DNA from: Terriglobia bacterium
Lineage (GTDB): Bacteria; Acidobacteriota; Terriglobia; JAJPHL01; JAPKYU01
Length of the DNA: 64,000 nucleotides
Direction of reading: 5' to 3'
Assembly: GCA_965206645.1 (NCBI GenBank)
Contig: CBDBKE010000003.1
Coordinates: 576,001 to 640,000, forward strand
The notes below the pieces were generated by a model, which was not told the origin of the DNA, did not search any database, and was given only the letters and a program-made list of their open reading frames with translations. Both the position numbers and the translations under genes were made by a program. Every line of letters starts with the position of its first letter. Positions within the stretch are counted from its first letter, which is position 1. Of the stretch, positions 43,140 to 52,209 are shown piece after piece.

Positions 43140-44122
43140 GTCCGCAGTCAAACCGGCCTCTACGGGCGGCCTTCCGCCGGGTGAAATGTCCCGCCCGCCG
43201 TGTGAAATGTCCTGCGAAGATTAACCTCGGGCTGCAAGTGTTGGGTCGGCGTCCCGACGGCTACCACGAGCTCCGTACGGTCTTCCAAACCATCGCGCTG
43301 CACGATGAACTGCTCCTGCAGGAGGAGCAGGCAGCCAGAACGGCCAAAGTGGAACTGTCTGGCGACGGGGCAGAGGCAATTGGACTGCCCAACCTGGCGG
43401 TTCTGGCAGCGGAAGCCGTATTAGAAGAACTGGGGGAACGGCGCGCAGTCCGGCTGACGCTCAACAAGAAGATTCCGCCGGGCAGCGGGTTAGGGGGCGG
43501 CTCCAGCGATGCTGCAGCCGTGCTGCGAGTGCTGCCGGTTTTGTTGGGCCGGCCGTTGGCGCCGGAACGTCGGCTGGCATTGGCGGCGGAGCTGGGTGCC
43601 GATGTCCCGTTTTTCCTGGTGGGCGGCCAGGCCATCGGGTTGGGTCGGGGGACTGAGGTCTATCCGTTGCCCGACGTTCCGGCTCTACCCCTTGTGGTGG
43701 TCCATCCGGGCCTGCACGTTTCTAGCGCCGACGCTTACCGGCAGCTCGATCAGGCCCGAGGCAATCCGGAACCACTCGACCCCGCGGCGTTGACAAGCAC
43801 CGCGACAGAGCCTAGTATACTTAGCTTCTGCGCCATCGTTTGTAGTCGGAGATGGGACCGACTCAGGAACGATTTTGAGCCGGTTGTTTTTTCCACCTAC
43901 CCAGAACTGGCGCGGCTCAAGACAGCTCTCACTCGAGCCGGCGCATCGGCGGCAATGCTTTCCGGGAGCGGTTCGGCCGTGTTTGGGATTTTCGATTCGG
44001 GAACGGCGGCCCGGCATGCTGCGGCGCGACTCCGGCGCCGATGGCCCCGGTGGCAGATCTGGGTAACTCGGACTGTCTCACGCCTTGAACTGGCGCGCGA
44101 GTGGGTTGGGTATGGACAGTGA
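43136..44122 (+). CDS. ispE: 4-diphosphocytidyl-2-C-methyl-D-erythritol kinase
   Basis: PAKINLGL, DGYHEL, GLGGGSSDAA, GADVPFF, NDFE, MLSGSGS. Confidence 0.95.
   Translation: MSPQSNRPLRAAFRRVKCPARRVKCPAKINLGLQVLGRRPDGYHELRTVFQTIALHDELLLQEEQAARTAKVELSGDGAEAIGLPNLAVLAAEAVLEELGERRAVRLTLNKKIPPGSGLGGGSSDAAAVLRVLPVLLGRPLAPERRLALAAELGADVPFFLVGGQAIGLGRGTEVYPLPDVPALPLVVVHPGLHVSSADAYRQLDQARGNPEPLDPAALTSTATEPSILSFCAIVCSRRWDRLRNDFEPVVFSTYPELARLKTALTRAGASAAMLSGSGSAVFGIFDSGTAARHAAARLRRRWPRWQIWVTRTVSRLELAREWVGYGQ
43790..43818 (+). promoter_or_regulatory. Internal sigma70 promoter in ispE (for prs-rplY-pth-rpsF-rpsR-rplI)
   Basis: TTGACA-17nt-TAGTAT in a locally AT-rich patch. Confidence 0.6.
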
Positions 44123-45056
44123 TCGATTGAAAATCCTAGGCGGCAACGCCAACTCGCTGCTGACCGAAGAAATTTGCGCCTGCCTGAAGGTTCCGGTGGC
44201 CAACGCCTCCGTGACTCGCTTCAGCGACGGGGAGGTCTACGTCCAAATCCTGGAGAACGTTCGCGGGGCCGATGTCTTCGTGGTGCAGCCCACCTGCCAG
44301 CCGGTGGATACCAACCTGGTGGAGCTGCTGCTGCTGATCGACGCGCTCAAACGGGCCTCGGCCCAGCGCATCACCGCCGTGATCCCCTACTATGGGTATG
44401 CGCGACAGGACCGGAAGGACAAGCCCCGGGTACCAATCTCGGCCAAGCTGGTGGCCGACCTGCTGACCACGGCCGGCGCTAGCCGAACGCTCACCCTGGA
44501 CCTGCACGCGTCGCAGATCCAGGGCTTCTTCAATTGCCCGGTCGATCACCTGTTTGCCTCGCCAGTGCTGGTGAGTTATTTCCAGAACCTCGATTTGCCC
44601 GATCTGACCGTCGTGGCACCGGACGCTGGTGGCGTGGAGCGCTCGCGCTCTTTCGCCAAGAAGGTGAACGCGCCGCTGGCGATCATGGACAAGCGCCGCG
44701 AGGAAGTCAACGTGGCCGAAGTGATGCACGTCATCGGCGACGTGCACGACCGCACCGTCCTGATTGTGGACGATATTGTAGACACGGCCGGGACGCTGGT
44801 GAAGGCGGCCGAGGCGCTGCTGGACAACGGCGCCCGCCGCGTCTTTGCCTCGGCGACTCACGCGGTGCTGTCCGGGAGTGCGGTGGAGCGGATCTGCAGG
44901 TCGCCGATCGAACGGCTGGTGGTCACCAACTCGATCCCACTGCAGCCGGAGGCGCAGGGCTGCGACCGGATCAAGGTGTTAAGCATCGCCGAACTGCTGG
45001 CTAAGGCCATCCATTCCATTCACGCGGAGACCTCCGTCAGCCAACTGTTCATTTGA
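44112..45056 (+). CDS. prs: Ribose-phosphate pyrophosphokinase
   Basis: RFSDGE, PYYGYARQDRK, DLHASQIQGFF, VDDIVDTAGT. Confidence 0.97.
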   Translation: MDSDRLKILGGNANSLLTEEICACLKVPVANASVTRFSDGEVYVQILENVRGADVFVVQPTCQPVDTNLVELLLLIDALKRASAQRITAVIPYYGYARQDRKDKPRVPISAKLVADLLTTAGASRTLTLDLHASQIQGFFNCPVDHLFASPVLVSYFQNLDLPDLTVVAPDAGGVERSRSFAKKVNAPLAIMDKRREEVNVAEVMHVIGDVHDRTVLIVDDIVDTAGTLVKAAEALLDNGARRVFASATHAVLSGSAVERICRSPIERLVVTNSIPLQPEAQGCDRIKVLSIAELLAKAIHSIHAETSVSQLFI

Positions 45057-45095
45057 GTTTGCATTCATGAAATTCTCTGTTTGGAACCTGCGGCC

Positions 45096-45785
45096 ATGGT
45101 GAACAAGACGGTCATCGAAGCCGAGCCTCGCACCGAGACCGGCAAGAACGTGGCCCGGCGCCTGCGCCAGAGCGGCCATATGCCCGGGGTCCTATACGGG
45201 GCCGGCCAGCCGACGGTGCCGGTGTCGCTGAACCCCCGGCAGGTGCGGACCGTGCTGGAATCGGAGACCGGACGGAACACGATTCTTACGGTGGAGGTCA
45301 AGGGCGGCGAAACCAGCAAGGCCATGCTGGTGGACTGGCAGTATGAGCCTGTGCACAGCAGACTGCTGCATGTGGACTTAAAGCGCATCGTGCTGGACCA
45401 GCAACTGCAGGCCACCGTGCCGGTCGTCCGCTTGGGGGAGGCTCCGGGCGTCAAGCTGCAGGGCGGCATTCTGGAGTTCGTGGCGCGCGAGGTGGAAGTC
45501 GAGTGCCTCCCCGCCGACATCCCGGATAGTATCCATGCTGACGTCAGCGAGCTGATGATCGGAACGAGCGTGCGGGTGCGGGACCTCAAGGTGGACGAGA
45601 AGGTGCGCGTTCTCTCTGACCCCGAGCTGGTCGTGGTGCACGTCGTTGCGCCCAGGCAAGTCGAAGAGAAGCCTGCGGAGGAGGCGGTTGTGCCCGAGGA
45701 GGCCGCGTCGGCCGAGCCCGAGGTCATTCGCAAGGGCAAGGGCGAGGAGGAAGAAGAGGAAGCCACCGAGGCCAAGAAGAAATAG
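45096..45785 (+). CDS. rplY: 50S ribosomal protein bL25 (long Ctc form)
   Basis: GKNVARRLR, PGVLYG, HVDL, GVKLQGG, PEVIRKGK acidic tail. Confidence 0.93.
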   Translation: MVNKTVIEAEPRTETGKNVARRLRQSGHMPGVLYGAGQPTVPVSLNPRQVRTVLESETGRNTILTVEVKGGETSKAMLVDWQYEPVHSRLLHVDLKRIVLDQQLQATVPVVRLGEAPGVKLQGGILEFVAREVEVECLPADIPDSIHADVSELMIGTSVRVRDLKVDEKVRVLSDPELVVVHVVAPRQVEEKPAEEAVVPEEAASAEPEVIRKGKGEEEEEEATEAKKK

Positions 45786-45824
45786 CCCGGCCGGCTCCCG
45801 CGCCGCCGACTCCCGCGCCGAGAG

Positions 45825-46421
45825 ATGCGCGTCATCATCGGTCTCGGTAACCCCGGGATCGAATACCAGTTTACGCGCCACAACCTGGGTTTCCGCGTGG
45901 TGGATCGGCTGGCCGAAGCGGCCCGGGCGCGGGTCGAACGGCCCGAGGCCCGCTGCCTGCTGGCTCACGCCGAGCTGGAGGGGCAATCGGTGGTGCTGGC
46001 CAAGCCCCTCACCTACGTGAACTTGAGCGGGCTGGCCGTGCGAGAACTGCTTCAGGTTTTGGAGTTGACTCCGGAGGCGCTGGTGGTGGTCAGTGATGAG
46101 CTGTCCCTGCCGGAGGGGGGGCTGCGTATCCGCCCCCACGGCAGCGCTGGCGGGCACCACGGCCTGGAGTCCATTATTGGGGCGCTCGGCACGCAGGAGT
46201 TTTTGCGGGTGCGCCTGGGCATTGGCCCCGAGCATCCAGTGAACGACGCCTCGGACTTCGTGCTGCGGACCTACCGCCGTTCGGAGCTGAAGCGGGTGGA
46301 TGAGCAAGTGGAGAGGGCGGCGGAGGCGGTGCTGCTGATCCTGCGCGAAGGCCTGCAGAAGGCAATGAACCGGTTCAACCGCCGGCCTCCTAGGCAGGCC
46401 GCTGAAAAACAGGGGGAGTGA
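45825..46421 (+). CDS. pth: Peptidyl-tRNA hydrolase
   Basis: GLGNPG, TRHNLGF, KPLTYVNLSG, GSAGGHHGL, RVRLGIG. Confidence 0.96.
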   Translation: MRVIIGLGNPGIEYQFTRHNLGFRVVDRLAEAARARVERPEARCLLAHAELEGQSVVLAKPLTYVNLSGLAVRELLQVLELTPEALVVVSDELSLPEGGLRIRPHGSAGGHHGLESIIGALGTQEFLRVRLGIGPEHPVNDASDFVLRTYRRSELKRVDEQVERAAEAVLLILREGLQKAMNRFNRRPPRQAAEKQGE

Positions 46422-46462
46422 CTGGCCCCGGCCGTGGCTCGGTAGCCTGAACACAGGCGATG

Positions 46463-46556
46463 GGCTCCTCCGCAACCTGTGAGCAGGTTGCCCAAACCAG
46501 GCTGTGTTGCTCGCGTGGCCGCCGGCGAGCGTGCGGCCTGGAGAAGCTGAGGGAGA
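46463..46556 (+). promoter_or_regulatory. Structured rpsF 5' leader (possible S6:S18 autoregulatory element)
   Basis: CTCCTCC anti-SD able to pair with GAGGGAG; hairpins GCAACCTG/CAGGTTGC and CCAGGC/GCCTGG. Confidence 0.4.
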
Positions 46557-46970
46557 ATGCGCGCTTACGAGATTCTGTTCATCCTCAGACCGGACATGAC
46601 CGAAGAGGATGTGGATCAGTTTCTGGTCCAAATGGAAACCGTGGTGTCTTCCACGGGGGGAACCCTCCAGAGCAAAGAGAAGTGGGGCCGGCGCCGGTTG
46701 GCCTACGAAGTGCGGCGCCACCGCGAGGGCTATTACGTCTTGTTTAACCTGGAATGTGAGCCGCCCACGGTTCGTGAGTTCGAGCGAGTCCTGAAGGTCT
46801 CCGAGCCTGCCATCAAATTTCTGACCGTGCGGATTGACCAGGAACTCAAGCGTCTGGAGAAACTCCGCCAAAAACGGGAGAAAAAGGAGAAGCGGGGCAA
46901 GCGCGGAGCCGCGCGCGGCACCTCGGCCGCGCCGCCCGTGCCCGCGGCGGCGCCCGAGGCTGCAGTGTAA
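46557..46970 (+). CDS. rpsF: 30S ribosomal protein bS6
   Basis: YEILFILRPD, WGRRRLAYEV, EGYY. Confidence 0.95.
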   Translation: MRAYEILFILRPDMTEEDVDQFLVQMETVVSSTGGTLQSKEKWGRRRLAYEVRRHREGYYVLFNLECEPPTVREFERVLKVSEPAIKFLTVRIDQELKRLEKLRQKREKKEKRGKRGAARGTSAAPPVPAAAPEAAV

Positions 46971-47012
46971 CGGGGCGGGCTCTGTCCGGCCCCTGGAGGT
47001 AGAGCAGGTATC

Positions 47013-47285
47013 ATGCCCAACCAAGCGTATCCACGCCGTCCCGCCAAACCGGGGGGCGTCAAGAAGCAATATGCGCGACGCAGGAAGGTTTGCAAGTTCT
47101 GCGTCGAGCGGATTGACAACATCAACTACAAGGACGTGAGGCTGATCGGCCAGTTCGTCGTTGAGCGGGGCAAGATCATCCCCCGGCGCATTTCCGGGGT
47201 CTGCACGCCGCACCAGCGGCGGCTGAGCGAAGCGATCCAGAAGGCGCGAAACATCGCCCTACTTCCTTTCGCCGCCGAGCTCTGA
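47013..47285 (+). CDS. rpsR: 30S ribosomal protein bS18 (Zn-binding form)
   Basis: RRKVCKFC, INYKD, GKIIPRRISGVC.PHQR, ALLPF. Confidence 0.96.
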   Translation: MPNQAYPRRPAKPGGVKKQYARRRKVCKFCVERIDNINYKDVRLIGQFVVERGKIIPRRISGVCTPHQRRLSEAIQKARNIALLPFAAEL

Positions 47286-47340
47286 GGCGCGCAAGGCTGC
47301 CCCGGCGCACAACTGCCATTCACCTTCTCGGGAGAGTGCC

Positions 47341-47787
47341 ATGGAAGTGATCCTTCGAGTCGATGTCCCCAAGTTGGGCCAGCGCGGCAAGGTCGTAGAT
47401 GTGGCCTCGGGGTACGCCCGCAATTTCCTTTTGCCACGCAAACTAGCGGTGCCGGCCACCGCGGGCAACAAGAAGGTTGTGGAGCAAGAGAAGGCGGCGG
47501 CAGCCCGCCACGAGGCCAATGAGCGCACCCAGGCTGAGGAACTCGCCCGCCAGTTAGCCGACCTCACCGTGACCGTTGCCCGCAAGTCCGGCGAAGCGGA
47601 CCAACTCTTCGGCTCGGTCACCTCGCTGGACGTTGCTGACGCCTTGCAGGCCAAGGGCTACCACATCGACCGGCGCAAGATCCACCTAGAAGAGCCGATC
47701 AGGCACCTGGGTGAGTACGAAGTCCCGCTGCGCCTGCACCGCGAGGTCATCGCCACGCTGAAGTTGCAGGTGGTGCAGGAGGAATGA
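47341..47787 (+). CDS. rplI: 50S ribosomal protein bL9
   Basis: MEVIL, GYARNFLLP, LFGSVT. Confidence 0.96.
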   Translation: MEVILRVDVPKLGQRGKVVDVASGYARNFLLPRKLAVPATAGNKKVVEQEKAAAARHEANERTQAEELARQLADLTVTVARKSGEADQLFGSVTSLDVADALQAKGYHIDRRKIHLEEPIRHLGEYEVPLRLHREVIATLKLQVVQEE

Positions 47788-47900
47788 TGGGTGTTGTTCC
47801 GCCCTCGGTCCAACGCCGCAGAGAGCCCGCCCTCCCACGTGATACCAGCGAGGGTTTAGCCAGCGAGACGTGGGCACCCCTCAGGATTCTGGCCCCCAGC

Positions 47901-47969
47901 AATCATTGAGCCAAGAATCATTAAGCCAAGAAGCATTAAGATGGAAAGCGGCACAAAGCTGCCGCACTC
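47901..47969. repeat. 15-bp tandem repeat followed by a REP-like hairpin
   Basis: aatcattgagccaag aatcattaagccaag aagcattaag, then AAAGCGGCA-CAAAGC-TGCCGCACTC, between convergent genes. Confidence 0.6.
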
Positions 47970-47989
47970 GGTGAGGGCTGCCAAGTGGA

Positions 47990-48736
47990 TCACAACCGGT
48001 TGATCATGCTGGCCACGGAGCCGGCGCCGAAGCCGTTGTCAATGTTGACCACGGCGACGTTGCTGGCGCAGCTGTTGAGCATGCCCAGCAGCGCAGCCAA
48101 GCCCTGGAAGCTGGAGCCGTAGCCAATGCTGGTGGGTACAGCAATCACCGGCACAGCCACCAGACCAGCCACCACGCTGGGCAGCGCACCTTCCATCCCG
48201 GCCACGCAAATGATTACGCGGGCCGAACTCAGAACGTCCCGGTTGCCCATCAGCCGGTGGATGCCCGCCACTCCGACGTCGTAGAGATGCTCCACAGGGT
48301 TGCCCATGACGCGCGCTGTCACTAGCGCTTCTTCGGCTACCGGGATGTCGGAGGTGCCCGCCGTAAGCACCAGCACCTTGCCGCGCCCGTAGATGGTGTG
48401 ATCGCGTTGGATGGTGATGGCGCCGGAAAGGGAGTGGAACTTCACGGCGGGAATGGCCTTGCGGAGCCGACGATACAGGGCTTCGTCGCCGCGCGTCACC
48501 AGTACATTGGGCGAGACGCGCAGCATCTTCTTCACCACACCCACCACCTGTTCCGGCTGCTTGCCGCGCCCCAGGATCACCTCCGGCATGCCCTGGCGAA
48601 GGGCACGGTGGTGGTCAATTTTGGCGAATCCCAGGTCTTCAAATGGAAGGTGTTTGAGCTGCCCAACGGCTCCTTCCACGTCCACCTTTCCCCGCCGTAC
48701 CTGCTCGAGCAGAGCGCGCAGCTTCTTTTCTGTCAT
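47990..48736 (-). CDS. larB: Nickel-pincer cofactor biosynthesis protein LarB
   Basis: [60 protein letters not shown]. Confidence 0.93.
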   Translation of the reverse strand: MTEKKLRALLEQVRRGKVDVEGAVGQLKHLPFEDLGFAKIDHHRALRQGMPEVILGRGKQPEQVVGVVKKMLRVSPNVLVTRGDEALYRRLRKAIPAVKFHSLSGAITIQRDHTIYGRGKVLVLTAGTSDIPVAEEALVTARVMGNPVEHLYDVGVAGIHRLMGNRDVLSSARVIICVAGMEGALPSVVAGLVAVPVIAVPTSIGYGSSFQGLAALLGMLNSCASNVAVVNIDNGFGAGSVASMINRL

Positions 48737-48770
48737 CTCTGGTCCGTCATCTCTGGTCCGTCATCTCTGG
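48732..48770 (-). repeat. 14-bp tandem triplication of the larB start region
   Basis: Minus strand: ccagagATGAC ggaccagagATGAC ggaccagagATGACa. Confidence 0.85.
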
Positions 48771-48904
48771 CGACCAGGTTTCCATGTGGCAGTTTATCAG
48801 CACCGGGGTGGGTGCTCAAGGATTCCGCAGGCCTGCCGGCTCGACTTGCGGGCAGCCGCAAAGGTGTTGCGCGCAGACAGGAATTTTGTACACAATGGCG
48901 CGAC

Positions 48905-50140
48905 ATGTTCGCTCCGCCCCTTTACCCTGTGGATTCTGGCGTGGCTTGTTTTGCGCTGTTTTCCACAGGTCAGAAGACGGACCTGCTCTTCACTCTGTTC
49001 CTCATTTTCGTCTCGGCTAAATTGCTGGCAGAAATCTTCCAGCGGTTCAGTCAACCGGGGTTGGTGGGGGAAATCCTGGCTGGGGTGTTCATCGGGCCGG
49101 CACTGCTGGGCTGGGTGACACCTTCGGAAGTCACCATCGCGCTGGCGGAGCTGGGGGTGATGTTTCTTCTGTTTAACGTCGGTCTGGAAGTCAAGCCCAG
49201 GGAGCTGTTCGAGGTGGGGGGCACAGCGGTTAAGGTGGCTGTTCTCGGTGTCGTGCCGCCGTTTTTCGCCGGATGGCTGCTGGCGCAGGCCTGGGGCTAT
49301 TCGAGCCTGGAATCCATTTTTATCGGCGCGGCCCTGGTGGCTACCAGCGTGGGCATCACCGCCCGGGTCTTGCAGAGCCTGGGACATTTGAAAACGCGGA
49401 TGGCCCGGGTGATTTTGGGAGCCGCGGTCATTGACGACATCCTGGCCCTGATTGTGCTGGCCTTGGTCAGCGGCCTGGCCGGCGGCTCGGTGCACTACGC
49501 GCAGTTGGTCGCGACTGCCGGACTGGCCTTCGGCTTCACTGGCTTCCTGGTTTTTGTGGGGTTTCGAGCGATCCGCCGGTTGGTGCCGCTGGTGCACCGG
49601 CTGCACCTGGAACATGCCATGTTCATTTTTGGCCTGGCGCTGCTGCTGGGTCTCTCTTACCTGGCCAACCACATCGGCATCGCTGCCATTATTGGCGCCT
49701 TTATGGCCGGCCTGCTGCTTGCCGACTATAGCCGCGAGTCGGAAATGGACACCCACATGCATGCCATCGGCGAGCTGTTGATGCCGTTTTTTTTCGTTGA
49801 CATTGGCATGCGCGTGAGCCGTCAGTTCTTTAGTGAGCCCAGCGCGCTTCTGTTCGCCCTGTTGCTGATTGTGGTCGCGGCGACCACCAAGCTGGTGGGC
49901 TGCGGCCTGGGGGCCGCGCGCCTCGGGTGGCGCGACGCGACGACGATTGGTGTAGGCATGATCCCGCGAGGTGAGGTTGGCATTATTGTGGCGCAACTGG
50001 GGCTGACCGTCGGTGTCCTCTCCGACACGCTTTATTCCGTCCTGGTCGTCATGGCCGTGGTGACGACCTTGATGGTGCCCCCGATCTTGCAACGGATGCT
50101 GGGGGTGCTTCGGCCCCAACCTATCGAAGCGCCGATGTAG
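48905..50140 (+). CDS. Cation:proton antiporter (CPA2/Kef-NapA type)
   Basis: GEILAG, LLFNVGLE, ATSVGIT, AAVIDDI, GAFMAG, MIPRGEVG; start uncertain. Confidence 0.9.
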   Translation: MFAPPLYPVDSGVACFALFSTGQKTDLLFTLFLIFVSAKLLAEIFQRFSQPGLVGEILAGVFIGPALLGWVTPSEVTIALAELGVMFLLFNVGLEVKPRELFEVGGTAVKVAVLGVVPPFFAGWLLAQAWGYSSLESIFIGAALVATSVGITARVLQSLGHLKTRMARVILGAAVIDDILALIVLALVSGLAGGSVHYAQLVATAGLAFGFTGFLVFVGFRAIRRLVPLVHRLHLEHAMFIFGLALLLGLSYLANHIGIAAIIGAFMAGLLLADYSRESEMDTHMHAIGELLMPFFFVDIGMRVSRQFFSEPSALLFALLLIVVAATTKLVGCGLGAARLGWRDATTIGVGMIPRGEVGIIVAQLGLTVGVLSDTLYSVLVVMAVVTTLMVPPILQRMLGVLRPQPIEAPM

Positions 50141-50214
50141 TATTGTTGGCTTTACCGGGGCGTCTGTTTTCCGTATGATAGTTGTTCTCGCTCAGGAACA
50201 CTTGAAGGAGGAAT

Positions 50215-50511
50215 ATGGCAGCTCGAATGACGCAGAGCCAGGTGGTCCGGCACTTGGCAGAGAAGAATGGACTCACAAATAAGGCAGCGCACGAGTTCCT
50301 CGATTCGCTGGTGGATCTGGCAGTCCAACAGACCAAACGGGGCGGCATCTTCGTTCTGCCCGGCCTGGGCCGGATGAAAAAGGTGCAGCGGAAGGCGCGC
50401 ATGGGCCGCAACCCCGCTACCGGCGAGACCATCAAGATTCCGGCTAAGACCACGGTGAAGTTCTACCTGGCCAAGGCCGCTCGGGACGCGGTCGCTCCGC
50501 CCAAGAAGTAA
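50215..50511 (+). CDS. HU family DNA-binding protein
   Basis: PGLG, RKARMGRNPATGETIKIPAK; AAGGAGG SD; TTTACC-17nt-TATGAT promoter at 50151-50179. Confidence 0.95.
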   Translation: MAARMTQSQVVRHLAEKNGLTNKAAHEFLDSLVDLAVQQTKRGGIFVLPGLGRMKKVQRKARMGRNPATGETIKIPAKTTVKFYLAKAARDAVAPPKK

Positions 50512-50618
50512 CCCAAGTACCGAGGCCGCGCCGGGAGTGGGTGTTTCTCCGGGGGTAGCTACGTCCCTTCGCGAAGCGCCATTGTGTTTGGGAGCAGGGG
50601 CCGGCAGGCTCGCGCCAG

Positions 50619-51533
50619 CTATAGGCGCGGGGAAAGTGTGGCGCTCGCAGCCGCCGCGGCGGCCACGGGGGGCGGCGAATCCTCGATAACGACTTCTTCC
50701 CACAGTGAACGGTCGCGCATCAAGCGATCCACCAGAACCACGTGCATCTGGTGGCCAGCCCGTTCGGCGATGACGTGTCCCAGCAGGGGGCGGCCGATGA
50801 GCGCCAGGTCACCGATCAGGTCCAGCAACTTATGGCGGCAGAATTCGTCGGGGAAGCGAAGCCCGCTGCCGTTGAGCAGACCGGCATCCGTCAGCACCAG
50901 CGCGCTATCCAACGAAGCGCCTCGGATCAGGCCCATGTTCCGCAGCGCGTCCACGTCTCGCAGAAAGCCGAAGGTTCGGGCAGGCACAATGTCGCGCACG
51001 TAGTTCTCTGGGGTTAGTTCCAAGTCGAAGCTCTGGCGGCCAATCAGCGGATGAGGGAAGTCAATCGTGCAGCTCAGGCGGTAGGTGTCGGCCGGGTAGA
51101 TGCCGATGCGCTTTCCGTCCTGGCGTACTTCCGCCGGGCGCAGCACCCGCAGGTAGGAGCGTCTGGCGCGCTGGCGCCGTAGGCCGGCCCGCTGGATCAT
51201 CTCCACGAAGGGCATGGCGCTGCCGTCCAGGATCGGCAACTCCAGCGAGTCAATTTCAAGGATGGCATTGTCCACCCCACAGCCGAGCAGCGCCGACAGC
51301 AAGTGCTCGGTGGTCGAGATGAGCACGCCCTTCTTCATCAGGCTGGTGGCGTAGCTGACCCGCGCCACGTGCTTCCAGCTCGCTTCAATCTCGAAATTTT
51401 CCAGGTCTGTACGCCGGAAGACGATGCCACGGCCCGTAGCGGCGGGAAGGATGCGCAGGTTTACGCGGGCGGCGCTATGCAGGCCAATTCCTGAAACCTC
51501 AACCGGGTTGCGGATTGTGGTCTGCCTGTGCAA
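50619..51533 (-). CDS. lpxC: UDP-3-O-acyl-GlcNAc deacetylase
   Basis: QTTI...GIGLH, TTEHLLSAL, PILDGS, ARTFGF, RHKLLDLIGDL; start approximate. Confidence 0.95.
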   Translation of the reverse strand: MHRQTTIRNPVEVSGIGLHSAARVNLRILPAATGRGIVFRRTDLENFEIEASWKHVARVSYATSLMKKGVLISTTEHLLSALLGCGVDNAILEIDSLELPILDGSAMPFVEMIQRAGLRRQRARRSYLRVLRPAEVRQDGKRIGIYPADTYRLSCTIDFPHPLIGRQSFDLELTPENYVRDIVPARTFGFLRDVDALRNMGLIRGASLDSALVLTDAGLLNGSGLRFPDEFCRHKLLDLIGDLALIGRPLLGHVIAERAGHQMHVVLVDRLMRDRSLWEEVVIEDSPPPVAAAAAASATLSPRL

Positions 51534-51734
51534 GAGTGGTCCAACCCCGACTCCACCCGAGGGCACGCACAGGTTAGCAAACCGCAGGCCGTTTCGCAAA
51601 AATAAACTAATCCATTTGTATACAAAAGGTTAATAGACCTAACCATGGGCGCCTACTGTTGCTATTTTGCCACACTCGTCGGCTCAAACTGTGGCATCCA
51701 CGACACAGCCTTGGTTCTGAGTGCGGTCGTGGAT

Positions 51735-52148
51735 CTAGGCCCTGCGCGGGTAGCAAAGGAAAAATACCGCGAGAGACGCGAAAACCAAGCCGAAAGCCAC
51801 CCCGCGGCTGCCGCCCAGGAAGTGCAGCACCAGGCCGAAGATGGCCGGGGCTTCCGAAAGGGCAAAGCTGAGTGCATAGAGGTTGAGCGCGCGAGCCGGA
51901 GTCGCTGCGGCTGCCAGGCGGTAGCGTACGAACAGCGCTGCCGCCGCGGTCAGCAACGCCACGCCCAGAATCACTTCCCCCACCGGGTAGGGGACTTTCG
52001 CACCCCCCGGCGGTAGGACCATTTGGATGAGCTCGCCGTAGATCAACACGGCGCCCACGAGCGCAAAGTAGATGATGCGCACCGCGGGAAGGTCCGTCGG
52101 AGTTCCAGGCGCGGGCGTCGTTTCAGCGTCCAGCGCGGCTGCGAGCAT
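51735..52148 (-). CDS. Small four-TM membrane protein
   Basis: Four hydrophobic segments; FALSEAPAIFGLV. Confidence 0.65.
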   Translation of the reverse strand: MLAAALDAETTPAPGTPTDLPAVRIIYFALVGAVLIYGELIQMVLPPGGAKVPYPVGEVILGVALLTAAAALFVRYRLAAAATPARALNLYALSFALSEAPAIFGLVLHFLGGSRGVAFGLVFASLAVFFLCYPRRA

Positions 52149-52209
52149 ACGAGCTGTCCTCTGCCGCCGTCAACCGGAGTCCTGAGTGTCGGCGTGCTAG
52201 AATTTCCGC

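Noticed and set aside
45378-47213. 611-aa minus-strand ORF and similar long antisense ORFs (e.g. 39612-40913, 48797-50119, 27267-28412)
   Set aside because: Shadow frames of well-supported genes in GC-rich DNA, with no recognisable motifs.
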